Positions 42,928 to 51,309 of a stretch of DNA of 64,000 nt are shown here, in pieces. The translations under genes were made by a program, and so were the position numbers. The notes beneath the pieces are model-generated. The model made no database searches and was not told where the DNA came from. It saw only the letters and a list, made by a program, of their open reading frames with translations. The DNA comes from an uncultured Chloroflexia bacterium (GTDB taxonomy: Bacteria; Chloroflexota; Limnocylindria; Limnocylindrales; CSP1-4). The stretch spans positions 192,001-256,000 of the forward strand of contig CAVVYR010000007.1 of assembly GCA_963752475.1 (NCBI GenBank). The letters run 5' to 3'. Each line of letters starts with the position of its first letter. The first letter of the stretch is position 1.

Positions 42928-44013
42928 ATGACCTCGGGAGTCGCCACCGGTGGCCCCGCGACGGGAGCCGCCGGGCGCACCAACGAGACCGCGACCGATG
43001 TGTCTGCGCACGCCCATCAGTTGCCGATCGTGTTCGGGCCCGTCCACTCGCGTCGCCTCGGCTGGAGCCTGGGTATCAACAACGTGCCGCCCAAGACGTG
43101 TTCCTACGCCTGCATCTACTGCCAGGTCGGCGCTACCACGCGCGCCAGCATCAGGCGAGAAGCCTATCTCGAGCCGAACCTCGTGGCCGAGTCTGCCCTC
43201 GAGCGCATCAGGGCCTGTCGAGACTCCGGGCAGACCATCGACTACGTCACGTTCGTGCCGGACGGCGAGCCGACATTGGATGTCAACCTCGGCGAGGCGA
43301 TCCGAGCCATCCGCGCGCCGGACGTCCGGGTTGCGGTCCTCACCAACGCCAGCCTGCTCTGGCGCGAGGATGTCAGGGAAGACCTCATCGCTGCCGACTG
43401 GGTGTCGCTCAAGATCGACACCGTGGACGAGCGCACGTGGACGCAACTGAACAGACCCATCCGGCGACTCGATCTCACGGTGGTGCTCGAGGGCGTTCGT
43501 CGCTTCGCTGAGGACTTCCGCGGCTACCTCGCGACCGAGACCATGCTCGTGGCCGGCGTGAACGACGACGAGGACGGTGTGCGAAGCGTGGCCGACTTCG
43601 TGCGGTCGCTCCAGCCCTCCCGTGCCTACATCTCGGTCCCGGTCCGGCCCGCTGTCGTGCCCTGGGTGCGACCGCCCCTGGCTGACGTCGCCTTGCAGGC
43701 CGCCGAGTCGTTCGCAGCGACCGGCCTACGGACCACGCTACTCAGTTGCGATCAGGCCGATACGGGTTTTGCACCAGCGCAAGATGTGATCGAGGGACTG
43801 ATAGGGATCCTCGCCGTGCACCCCATGACCGAGCGGGCGGTACGTGAGTACGTGGCGAGGTCGGCGGTCGAATGGCGACGTGTCGAGGAACTGATCGACG
43901 AGGGCACGCTCATCCGGACGCCGCGTGGCCTGACGACGTACCTGTGCCTTGATCATGCCCGCCTGCGAGGTAGCGACGGCACGATGACGGGCCCCGGGCG
44001 GCAAGGAGCGTGA
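42928..44013 (+). CDS. radical SAM protein (COG0731/Tyw1-like family)
   Basis: FGPVHSRRLGWSLGIN, CSYACIYCQ (CxxxCxxC), DGEPTL, LTNASLL, ETMLV.GVND. Confidence 0.88.
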   Translation: MTSGVATGGPATGAAGRTNETATDVSAHAHQLPIVFGPVHSRRLGWSLGINNVPPKTCSYACIYCQVGATTRASIRREAYLEPNLVAESALERIRACRDSGQTIDYVTFVPDGEPTLDVNLGEAIRAIRAPDVRVAVLTNASLLWREDVREDLIAADWVSLKIDTVDERTWTQLNRPIRRLDLTVVLEGVRRFAEDFRGYLATETMLVAGVNDDEDGVRSVADFVRSLQPSRAYISVPVRPAVVPWVRPPLADVALQAAESFAATGLRTTLLSCDQADTGFAPAQDVIEGLIGILAVHPMTERAVREYVARSAVEWRRVEELIDEGTLIRTPRGLTTYLCLDHARLRGSDGTMTGPGRQGA

Positions 44014-44016
44014 CCC

Positions 44017-44967
44017 ATGCGAGCGCAAGGACTCCTGTCGTACGTCCTCTGTCTGTCGTTGACGGCCGTGCTGACCCTCGGCGGCTGCACGGGCTCCAGC
44101 GCCGAGATCGACACCGACCGTCCCGTGGTCGTGGCCACGACGACCATCCTCGGCGACCTCGCTTCGCGTGTCGCCGGGGACGAGGCTGTGGTCGAGGTCC
44201 TGATCCCCATCGGCGCTGACCCGTGCACGTACGAGGCGACGTCGGAACAGGCCATGAACCTCCTCCGGGCCGACCTGGTCATCTCGAGCGGCCTTGGCCT
44301 CGAAGCGGGACTGGCTGAGGCTCTGGGCGAGGCGGAGCGCCGAGGCACCCGGATGCTGCGGCTCGGAAACGAGCTCTACCCGCGCCACGTCGGTAGCGCC
44401 GACGAAGCGCTCGACCCCTACTGGTGGATGGATCCCCTGCGCGCCGCGGGCTCGGTCACGCTCATCGCCGACAGCCTGCTCGGGGTCCGCGATGGCGACT
44501 GGGTGACGCGAGCGCTGGAGGCCGACAAGGCGCTCTGCGCTCTCGATGACCAACTTCGCGATGTGCTGCGACGGAGCGGATCCGAGCCGCGGCGCCTCAT
44601 CACGGACGGGCAGGGGCTCGGGTACTTCGCCGAACGATACGACTGCATCGTCACGGACCTGGACCTGTCACCCCTCGAGTCGCTGGGTCCGTCGTCGGTC
44701 ACGATGGCTCCGACCTGGGCTGACGAGTGGTCCGGCGGAAGCGAGAGCCGGATCCCGCTGAACGTGCCGAGACGACGGGGCGTCAGCCTGGTGGACCCCC
44801 ATATGCCAGGCGGCGTGAGCGCGGAGACGGTAAGCGTCTACGTGGACTCGCTCGGAGCGCCGGGATCAGGGGCCGAGACCTACGAAGACATGATGCGCAC
44901 CAACGCGGATCGGATCACCCACGCCGGGCAGAACGTGCTCGTCGAGTGGACGCATCCGGACGTGTAG
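44017..44967 (+). CDS. ZnuA/TroA-fold metal-binding lipoprotein with non-canonical ligands (copy 1)
   Basis: lipobox LGGC; VVATTTILGD, GADPCTYE, ADLVI..GLGLE, DPYWWMDP, GYFAERY, DSLG..G..TY. Confidence 0.8.
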   Translation: MRAQGLLSYVLCLSLTAVLTLGGCTGSSAEIDTDRPVVVATTTILGDLASRVAGDEAVVEVLIPIGADPCTYEATSEQAMNLLRADLVISSGLGLEAGLAEALGEAERRGTRMLRLGNELYPRHVGSADEALDPYWWMDPLRAAGSVTLIADSLLGVRDGDWVTRALEADKALCALDDQLRDVLRRSGSEPRRLITDGQGLGYFAERYDCIVTDLDLSPLESLGPSSVTMAPTWADEWSGGSESRIPLNVPRRRGVSLVDPHMPGGVSAETVSVYVDSLGAPGSGAETYEDMMRTNADRITHAGQNVLVEWTHPDV

Positions 44968-45023
44968 CCAAACGACAGGCGGAGGCCGGATGATCGCCAT
45001 CCGCCGACAACAGGAAGGTGGCA

Positions 45024-46070
45024 ATGGCCATGGAGAAGTCCGAACTCGATCCACGTTCGACCGCTCGTGCGCTCGTGGCGCCGGGCAAGGGGATCCTCGC
45101 CGCCGACGAGTCGTCCCCGACGATCGAGAAACGCTTCAAGTCGGTCGGTGTGGAGTCGACCGAGGAGAACCGGCAGGCATACCGGGAGATGCTCTTCCGC
45201 ACCCCGGGCATCGAGGCCTACATCAGCGGGGTGATCCTCTTCGACGAGACGATCCGGGGTTCGACCTCGGACGGGACTCCCTTTCCCGAGCTGCTGGCGG
45301 CCCGAGGGATCATCCCCGGCATCAAGGTGGACAAGGGCGCGAAGCCGCTGGCCGGGGCCGCGGGCGAGAAGATCACCGAGGGCCTCGACGGCCTGCGCGA
45401 GCGCCTGGTCGAGTACCGGGATCTGGGGGCTCGCTTCACGAAGTGGCGGGCCGTCTACGCCATCGGTCCCGGGACCCCATCTGAGCGGTGCGTCCGCACC
45501 AACGCCGTCGAGCTGGCCCGCTTCGCGGCGCTCTCGCAGGAGGCCGGACTCGTGCCCATCATCGAGCCCGAGGTCTTGATGGATGGGGAACACGACATCG
45601 AGTCGAGTGCGGACGTGACCGGTCACGTCCTGCAGTCCGTCTTCGAGGAGTTGCATGTCCAACGCATCCGGCTCGAGGAGCTCCTGCTCAAGACGAACAT
45701 GGTGCTGTCGGGCTATGACAGCCCGGACCCGGAATCGCCCGACGTGACAGCCCTTTGGACGGTTCGCTGCCTGGCACGCCACGTCCCGGTGGCGGTACCA
45801 GGCGTCGTATTCCTGTCCGGAGGCCAGTCCGAGGAGCTGGCCACGGTGAACCTCGACGCCATCAACCGGCGCGGTGGCCATCCCTGGGAGCTGTCGTTCT
45901 CGTTCGGGCGAGCGCTCCAGTCCAGCGCACTCCGCGCCTGGGCGAACGATCCCACCGATGTCGCCAGCGCCCAAGGTGAGTTGCAGCGGCGCTCCGCCGA
46001 CACGGCTGCGGCGCGGACCGGCTCGTACGTCCCGAGCGATCCACCCACGAACGTCGGCGCCCATGCCTAG
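45024..46070 (+). CDS. class I fructose-bisphosphate aldolase (glycolytic, eukaryote-like family)
   Basis: ILAADES, GIKVD, FTKWR, PIIEPEV, LLKTNM (Schiff-base Lys), FLSGGQ, FSFGRALQ. Confidence 0.93.
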   Translation: MAMEKSELDPRSTARALVAPGKGILAADESSPTIEKRFKSVGVESTEENRQAYREMLFRTPGIEAYISGVILFDETIRGSTSDGTPFPELLAARGIIPGIKVDKGAKPLAGAAGEKITEGLDGLRERLVEYRDLGARFTKWRAVYAIGPGTPSERCVRTNAVELARFAALSQEAGLVPIIEPEVLMDGEHDIESSADVTGHVLQSVFEELHVQRIRLEELLLKTNMVLSGYDSPDPESPDVTALWTVRCLARHVPVAVPGVVFLSGGQSEELATVNLDAINRRGGHPWELSFSFGRALQSSALRAWANDPTDVASAQGELQRRSADTAAARTGSYVPSDPPTNVGAHA

Positions 46071-46089
46071 CCCATCCTCCAGCTGGTCC

Positions 46090-46316
46090 GGAGCCATGGC
46101 CAACGGTGGTTGACGCCCCCTTGCCGGAATCGCAGCCCCGGTTTCCGCCGCCGCTTCTCGGAGACCGGCCGCATCATCGCCAAGGGCCAAGGCAACTACG
46201 AGTCGCTCAGTGAGATGGCGGCTCCGATCCACTTCCTGTTCAAGGTCAAGTGCTCTGTCGTCGCCGAGCACATCGGAGAGCCGGTGGGTACGCACGTGGT
46301 GACCCGCTCCGACTAA
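46090..46316 (+). pseudogene. C-terminal remnant of a DUF89/ARMT1-like damage-control phosphatase
   Basis: SPGFRRRF...IIAKGQGNYESLSE...IHFLFKVKC.VVAEHIG.PVG; frameshifted NGG-DAP fragment just upstream. Confidence 0.7.
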
Positions 46317-46461
46317 TAGGGCACCTGATGCTCGGTCGCAAGCAGGGCTGTCGGGCGGCATCCGTCCGGCTCGGCCGAAGCGTGGGCCCTACCAGACGGC
46401 ACGGTGATCGGCTGCGGCTCGGCCCGAATCCCAGTCGAGGGTGCGGAAGCGTCTCCGGATG

Positions 46462-47235
46462 TCAGATACGGGAGCGGCCTTGGGCGGCGACCGCGGCCTC
46501 CGCTGCTGCGATCGTCTCGGGATCGCCGAGGTAGCGATGCTCGATCGGTCGGAGCGACCTGTCGAGGCGATAGAGGAGTGGTGTCCCCGTGGGGATGTTC
46601 AGGCCGGCGATCGCCTCGTCATCCAACTGATCGAGGTGTTTGACCAGGGCTCTGAGGCTGTTGCCATGCGCCACCAGCAGGACCCGCTGACCGGCATCGA
46701 GCTGAGGCGCGACCTCGGCATCCCAATACGGGAGGACCCGCTCGATGGTGTCTGCCAGCGACTCGGAACGCGGTAGCAGATCCGTCGCGATGTGGGCATA
46801 GCGCTCGTCCCGCGTCGGCACACGATCATCCCCCGGATCGAGCGCCGGCGGGCGCACCCCGTAGCTGCGGCGCCAGGCATGGACGAGCTCCTCGCCGAGT
46901 CGCTCGGCGGTCTCCGACTTGCTCAGCCCTTGAAGCGCCCCGTAGTGACGCTCGTTGAGCCGCCATGATCTCTGGACCGGGATCCACATCGACTGAAGAT
47001 CATCGAGGACGATCCATAGGGTCCTGATGGCACGCTTCAGGACGGAGGTGAAGGCGACATCGAACCGCAGGTCGGCCTCTCGCAGGTACCGCGCCGCGTC
47101 ATGTGCCTCGGCGATGCCCTGGTCGGTCAGATCGACGTCGGTCCAGCCGGAGAAGCGGTTCTCTCGGTTCCACGTGCTCTCGCCGTGGCGTAGCAGCACG
47201 AGGATCCGCTCAGTGCCGCTGTGGTGCATCGCCAT
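46462..47235 (-). CDS. gpmA: 2,3-bisphosphoglycerate-dependent phosphoglycerate mutase
   Basis: [50 protein letters not shown]. Confidence 0.95.
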   Translation of the reverse strand: MAMHHSGTERILVLLRHGESTWNRENRFSGWTDVDLTDQGIAEAHDAARYLREADLRFDVAFTSVLKRAIRTLWIVLDDLQSMWIPVQRSWRLNERHYGALQGLSKSETAERLGEELVHAWRRSYGVRPPALDPGDDRVPTRDERYAHIATDLLPRSESLADTIERVLPYWDAEVAPQLDAGQRVLLVAHGNSLRALVKHLDQLDDEAIAGLNIPTGTPLLYRLDRSLRPIEHRYLGDPETIAAAEAAVAAQGRSRI

Positions 47236-47249
47236 CTCTGTGCTCCTTC

Positions 47250-47606
47250 CTAGGCCGCGGGCAGCTCGTGGGGCACGGCGTCAGAGGGGCTGCCCCCTCG
47301 CTGGATCGTAAACCGGTAGTCGTCGCCCAGCCTGACATCGAGCAGGGGGTTGCCCGAGGCATGCGTCCACGCGAGCAGGACCAGGACGGAACTCGGGTCA
47401 CTGGACAGGACCTCAAGGACTTCTCCACAGAGGAGACGGCTGATGGCTCGGGAGATCGCGGGCATGGCGTCGGCTACCGAGATCCCGCGTACGTCCGTCC
47501 TGGCGCTCGTGCGGGACTCGCGGTCCTGGGGGACCGTCCGGCCTGGCAGGTCATGGCGCCCGGGCCATGGGAGCCGCAGGAGTGGACCTGATGCGAGGCG
47601 ACTCAT
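47250..47606 (-). CDS. TusA/SirA-like protein lacking the CPxP cysteine
   Basis: DVRG...P...[17 protein letters not shown].....W....GN.LL.....YRFTIQR TusA pattern. Confidence 0.6.
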   Translation of the reverse strand: MSRLASGPLLRLPWPGRHDLPGRTVPQDRESRTSARTDVRGISVADAMPAISRAISRLLCGEVLEVLSSDPSSVLVLLAWTHASGNPLLDVRLGDDYRFTIQRGGSPSDAVPHELPAA

Positions 47607-48511
47607 GTCAGAGCCTCAGCGATCCGATCGGCGGTCGTCCACATCATCTCGTAGTAGGTCTCGGCACCGGATCCGGGTCCTCCCAGGGAGCACAGGTCGA
47701 GTGCTACGACCTCCGTGCCCTTGCCCGCCTCGGCAGCGAGAGCTTCGGCGGAGTCCACGGATTTGATGGAGTCGGTGAACACTACGTTGATCCCGTCGGC
47801 CTGCATGATGTCAGCGAGGTCGGCGAGGCTCTCGGGGTCATGCCGTGGACCGGTCGCCCTGCCATCTTCGACGACGCCTCCCACCTCGAAGCCGAAACGG
47901 TCCGCGAAATAACGCAACTCACCGTGCGATGTGAGCAACCGCCGATCGTTGGGTGGAACCCGACCAAGCGCGTTGGCCATCTGTTGGCCGAGCATCGACA
48001 GGTTCGCCGCCACCGCCTCGGCTCTCGGCGCCAGTCTGAGGCACACCGCGGGATCGTCACTCTCCGCGGACAGTCGCTCGGCGATGAGTCGGACCGCTGC
48101 AGCGGCTCGGTTCGGATCCAGCCACCAGTAGGGATCGAGCCTGGTATCGTCCTCTGCTATCGCGAGCGGTCCGAGCATGGCGCCCAACTCGAGGATGGGA
48201 ACGCCCTCGGTGCTGGCCGCGGCGAGAGCGTCGGCGAGGCCAGCCTCCAGGCCGAGTCCGCTGGTGACGATCAGATCAGCGTCGCGCATGTCGGTGGCCT
48301 GGCGGGCCGACGGTCGGAAGTCGCAAGGATCGGCCCCGATGGGCATCAAGACCTCGAGCTGCACCGTGCCGCGACCGATCTGGTCGACGAGATCACCGAC
48401 GATGGACGTCGTCGCGACGACCCGCATCCGGTCCCCCTCGCTCTGGGCGCCCATACATCCGGTCAATGCGAGGGCACTGGCCAGGGCGAAGGTCAGTAGG
48501 CGGATGATCAT
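47603..48511 (-). CDS. ZnuA/TroA-fold metal-binding lipoprotein with non-canonical ligands (copy 2)
   Basis: lipobox LTGC; VVATTSIVGD, GADPCDFRPS, DPYWWLDP, TSHGELRYFADRFG, CSLG.PGSGAETY. Confidence 0.85.
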   Translation of the reverse strand: MIIRLLTFALASALALTGCMGAQSEGDRMRVVATTSIVGDLVDQIGRGTVQLEVLMPIGADPCDFRPSARQATDMRDADLIVTSGLGLEAGLADALAAASTEGVPILELGAMLGPLAIAEDDTRLDPYWWLDPNRAAAAVRLIAERLSAESDDPAVCLRLAPRAEAVAANLSMLGQQMANALGRVPPNDRRLLTSHGELRYFADRFGFEVGGVVEDGRATGPRHDPESLADLADIMQADGINVVFTDSIKSVDSAEALAAEAGKGTEVVALDLCSLGGPGSGAETYYEMMWTTADRIAEALT

Positions 48512-48562
48512 GGCTCACACTCCTCATGTCTCGGGATCGGCTGGCCTCGCACGGCGTGCGCG

Positions 48563-49591
48563 TCAGGCTGCAAGGACGACGGCCGGTGTCGTCCGACGGG
48601 CGCGATCACAGGTCGCGAGGCGAGTGGCCCAGCGGCAGAGCATGTCCTGGGCCGCGTGCGCATCCCTGTCATGCCGTGCCCATGCACGCAGCGTGCTCGC
48701 CATGGCGTCCGGGCCCAACGAGTACGACAGCGGCCACGGGAGGTCGCGCCGGCGTTGGATCCTCTCGCAGGATCGCGCAACCACGGCTGCTGGCAACGAC
48801 TCGGCCGAGAGCACCACGCCCGGCACCTCCTCGGGAACCTGCCCTCGGAGACAGCCCAGGGTCGCCATCGCGACCGAGTCGGGATCGACCTTCTGCATGA
48901 AGCCATGGTTCGGCGCGATGAGGCTGGCGCCGATCAGGAGATCCTCGATGCTGGCGTGATGGACGTAGAGCTCGGCGACCAGCGTGGCGAGGGCATCTTC
49001 CATGGTGCGACGGCTCCGCTCGATATCGTGGTCACCGAAGGGGGCGATCCGGACGTCGACGATGGGCAACAGGCCGGCCTGCTGCGAGAGGGTCGCGAAG
49101 TTGGCCAGTCGGACCGCGTTCGTCCTGATGCACGTCTCGGTAGGCATGTCGTGGTCGATGAGGCAGTACGCACGCCAGGTCGCGAACCTCGCACCACGCC
49201 GGCGGTACTGCTCGAGTCGATCGGGGAGATGCTCGATGCCGGCGGTCACGCCCTCGCGGGACGAACCTGTGAACATGCGCTGCCCCAGGTCGACCCGGAT
49301 CCCCGGCATGAGCTGTCGCTCGGCGAGCAGCTCCACGAATGACGGGCCCTTCGTGACTCGCTGTCGGATGGCCTCGTCTGAGAGGACTACCCCGCTGACG
49401 TGCTCTTCGAGGCCCGGGGTCGTGAACAGCATCTGCCGGTATGCTCGCCGGTCCTCCGCGGTCGAGCCGAGCCCGGCCCAGCGGAAGCGTCGCTCCACGA
49501 TCGGGACCGGTTCATCGACCGCGAGGATCACCTTTCTCGGCGCGACCAGGGTCAGTGCCTGGTCCGACAGTTCCTGTGTTGCGCGCTGCAT
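48563..49591 (-). CDS. class I aldolase-like pseudoenzyme (catalytic residues lost)
   Basis: Collinear with 45024-46070 but reads GIRVD, FATWR, PIVDVRI, LLIGASL and YSLGPDAM at the catalytic motifs. ORF is intact; ATG 49591 follows AGAAGGGA. Confidence 0.8.
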   Translation of the reverse strand: MQRATQELSDQALTLVAPRKVILAVDEPVPIVERRFRWAGLGSTAEDRRAYRQMLFTTPGLEEHVSGVVLSDEAIRQRVTKGPSFVELLAERQLMPGIRVDLGQRMFTGSSREGVTAGIEHLPDRLEQYRRRGARFATWRAYCLIDHDMPTETCIRTNAVRLANFATLSQQAGLLPIVDVRIAPFGDHDIERSRRTMEDALATLVAELYVHHASIEDLLIGASLIAPNHGFMQKVDPDSVAMATLGCLRGQVPEEVPGVVLSAESLPAAVVARSCERIQRRRDLPWPLSYSLGPDAMASTLRAWARHDRDAHAAQDMLCRWATRLATCDRARRTTPAVVLAA

Positions 49592-50309
49592 GGCGTCCCT
49601 TCTGCCTCGCCTGGAGATGGTGTCCGCGGCGCTGTCCGTTGCCTCCACGTGGCACGACTACCCCAGTCGCGTTTGGTTAGTGTTTTTAGCATTTGTATGC
49701 GTTTAGCATCTATATGTTAGACGCGTTCCACAAGGGCCGGTAGGCCTCATCGGTCGTGCCCTGCGGACTGGGTCTCCGGATCGAGAGACGTGACATCTCG
49801 ACATCCCGAGCGAGGGATGACAGGAGGCTGTGGAGCGTCCGGATCGGAGGGATAGACGTCAACGGGAGCGCATGGGCGGGTCCGGCATCGACAGGGTCGA
49901 CCGGACGCCACGCCCGGCTCCAAGAGGTTCTCCGACCGGCCACGTGATGCCTTCTGGCCCTTGGCGTCGACTGTGGCACACGTATGCTAAGAGCATGCAG
50001 ATGTCATTGACGATCTCCCACCGAAGGCAGCAAGAGATGAACCCAGGGACTCGACGACGCGGATACGTGCCTGAGTCGCGCCAGCTTGTCACGCTGGCGA
50101 AGCCTGGTCGCCTGCCACAGGTCCCGGGCCAGACGCCTCCGGAGTTGCTGCTCGAACTGCTCTAGGCGTGATGGGTGTGCCCAAGCAGGCTCACCCTACC
50201 CGCCGTGGACAGCACCGCCGTGGCCGTCGAAACGGGGAACGAGGGTTCGACACCAAGCGCTCTCCCGGGACCCGCAGGCTGGCGCAACCTCGATGGAACC
50301 CAAGAGGTG

Positions 50310-50324
50310 TATGCTGTTAGCATA
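50310..50324. promoter_or_regulatory. putative PadR operator overlapping a -10 box
   Basis: TATGCTGTTAGCATA ends at the PadR copy 2 ATG; weaker copies at 49696 and 49983. Confidence 0.6.
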
Positions 50325-50740
50325 TGACTGCGATGAACACTGAGCGACGAGTCGGAAGCGGCTGGAGCACACGAGGACACCATCACGGCGCGCACCACAG
50401 TTCACGTCGGGGGCGCTGGGTGGAACCCTTCGTCCTGCTGCTCGTGGCCCAGGGGCCGACCTACGGATACAAGCTCATAGGTGAGTTGGACGAGCTGGGT
50501 GTGGCGCCTGAAGGGATCGATCCCGGGATGGTCTATCGCACCTTGCGAACCATGGACGCAGACGGCCTCGTGACCACAGCATGGGGCCTGGAGGGCGATC
50601 AGCCCCGACGTGAGTACCGCCTCACCGAGGATGGTGCCTGCGCCCTCGAGGACTGGCTCGACGTCATGAACGAGCGGCGACGCCTCATCGACCACTTCAT
50701 CCAGCACGGAGCTGCCATCACACGAGAACAGGGGAGATGA
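50324..50740 (+). CDS. PadR family transcriptional regulator (copy 2)
   Basis: RRGRWVEPFVLLLV.QGP.YGY, GMVYRTLR, RREYRLT; paralog of 42254-42646; His-rich N-terminus (GHHHGAHH). Confidence 0.9.
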   Translation: MTAMNTERRVGSGWSTRGHHHGAHHSSRRGRWVEPFVLLLVAQGPTYGYKLIGELDELGVAPEGIDPGMVYRTLRTMDADGLVTTAWGLEGDQPRREYRLTEDGACALEDWLDVMNERRRLIDHFIQHGAAITREQGR

Positions 50741-50741
50741 T

Positions 50742-51077
50742 ATGAGTTGCCATCACCGCTACTACCCGCATGGCTGCGGCGATTGGCCCGCGCCACCACC
50801 CGACTGGTACGACGCCTATGGCTACCGGCCGAGCCGCTATCGCGATGACGTCGTCGTGCTGCGCGACGAAGGTGACGAGGACTTCGCGGAAGAACGTCCA
50901 CGCCGACGCCGTGGAAGCGGACGAGGACGCTATCGCCGAGCAGGCGACATCGTCACCGAAGAGGCCACGGTAGCGTCGCTGCAGTCCCAGGCTGAGGCAC
51001 TTCGAGATGAGCTGGTCCGGATCGAAGCTGAACTGGCCAAGCTTTCGGCGGAGCCCAGCCAGGCGTCGGATACCTGA
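50742..51077 (+). CDS. DUF5320-like protein (Cys/His N-terminus, Arg/Gly-rich linker, C-terminal coiled coil)
   Basis: MSCHHRYYPHGCG..RRRRGSGRGR..SLQSQAEALRDELVRIEAELAKL; GGGGAG RBS. Confidence 0.65.
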   Translation: MSCHHRYYPHGCGDWPAPPPDWYDAYGYRPSRYRDDVVVLRDEGDEDFAEERPRRRRGSGRGRYRRAGDIVTEEATVASLQSQAEALRDELVRIEAELAKLSAEPSQASDT

Positions 51078-51309
51078 TCCGAGCTGGAGGCTGCGAGTAG
51101 GACCCTTGGGCGTTAGAACTCGCGGCTGGAAGGCGCGGCCGCCCTGCAGTTGACGCTCTTCGAGGAGCTCGAGCCGACCGCCTGAAGGGTCCACTCACCC
51201 GGCCGCCAGCCCCTGTCTAAGGGGCGCAAGAAGGTCTTGACACAAAGGTGTACTGCGGCGGTACTATATCGCCGCCAAAGCGGGGGGTGAGGAAGAGAGG
51301 AGCACCCAC

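Noticed and set aside
50233-50266. tRNA-like fragment (GAGGGTTCGACACC) as an att site
   Set aside because: The T-stem does not pair and there is no match to the tRNA-Asn in the window
51237-51267. Sigma70 promoter TTGACA..TACTAT before the hydrolase gene
   Set aside because: The spacer is 19 bp; plausible but not strong enough to list as a feature
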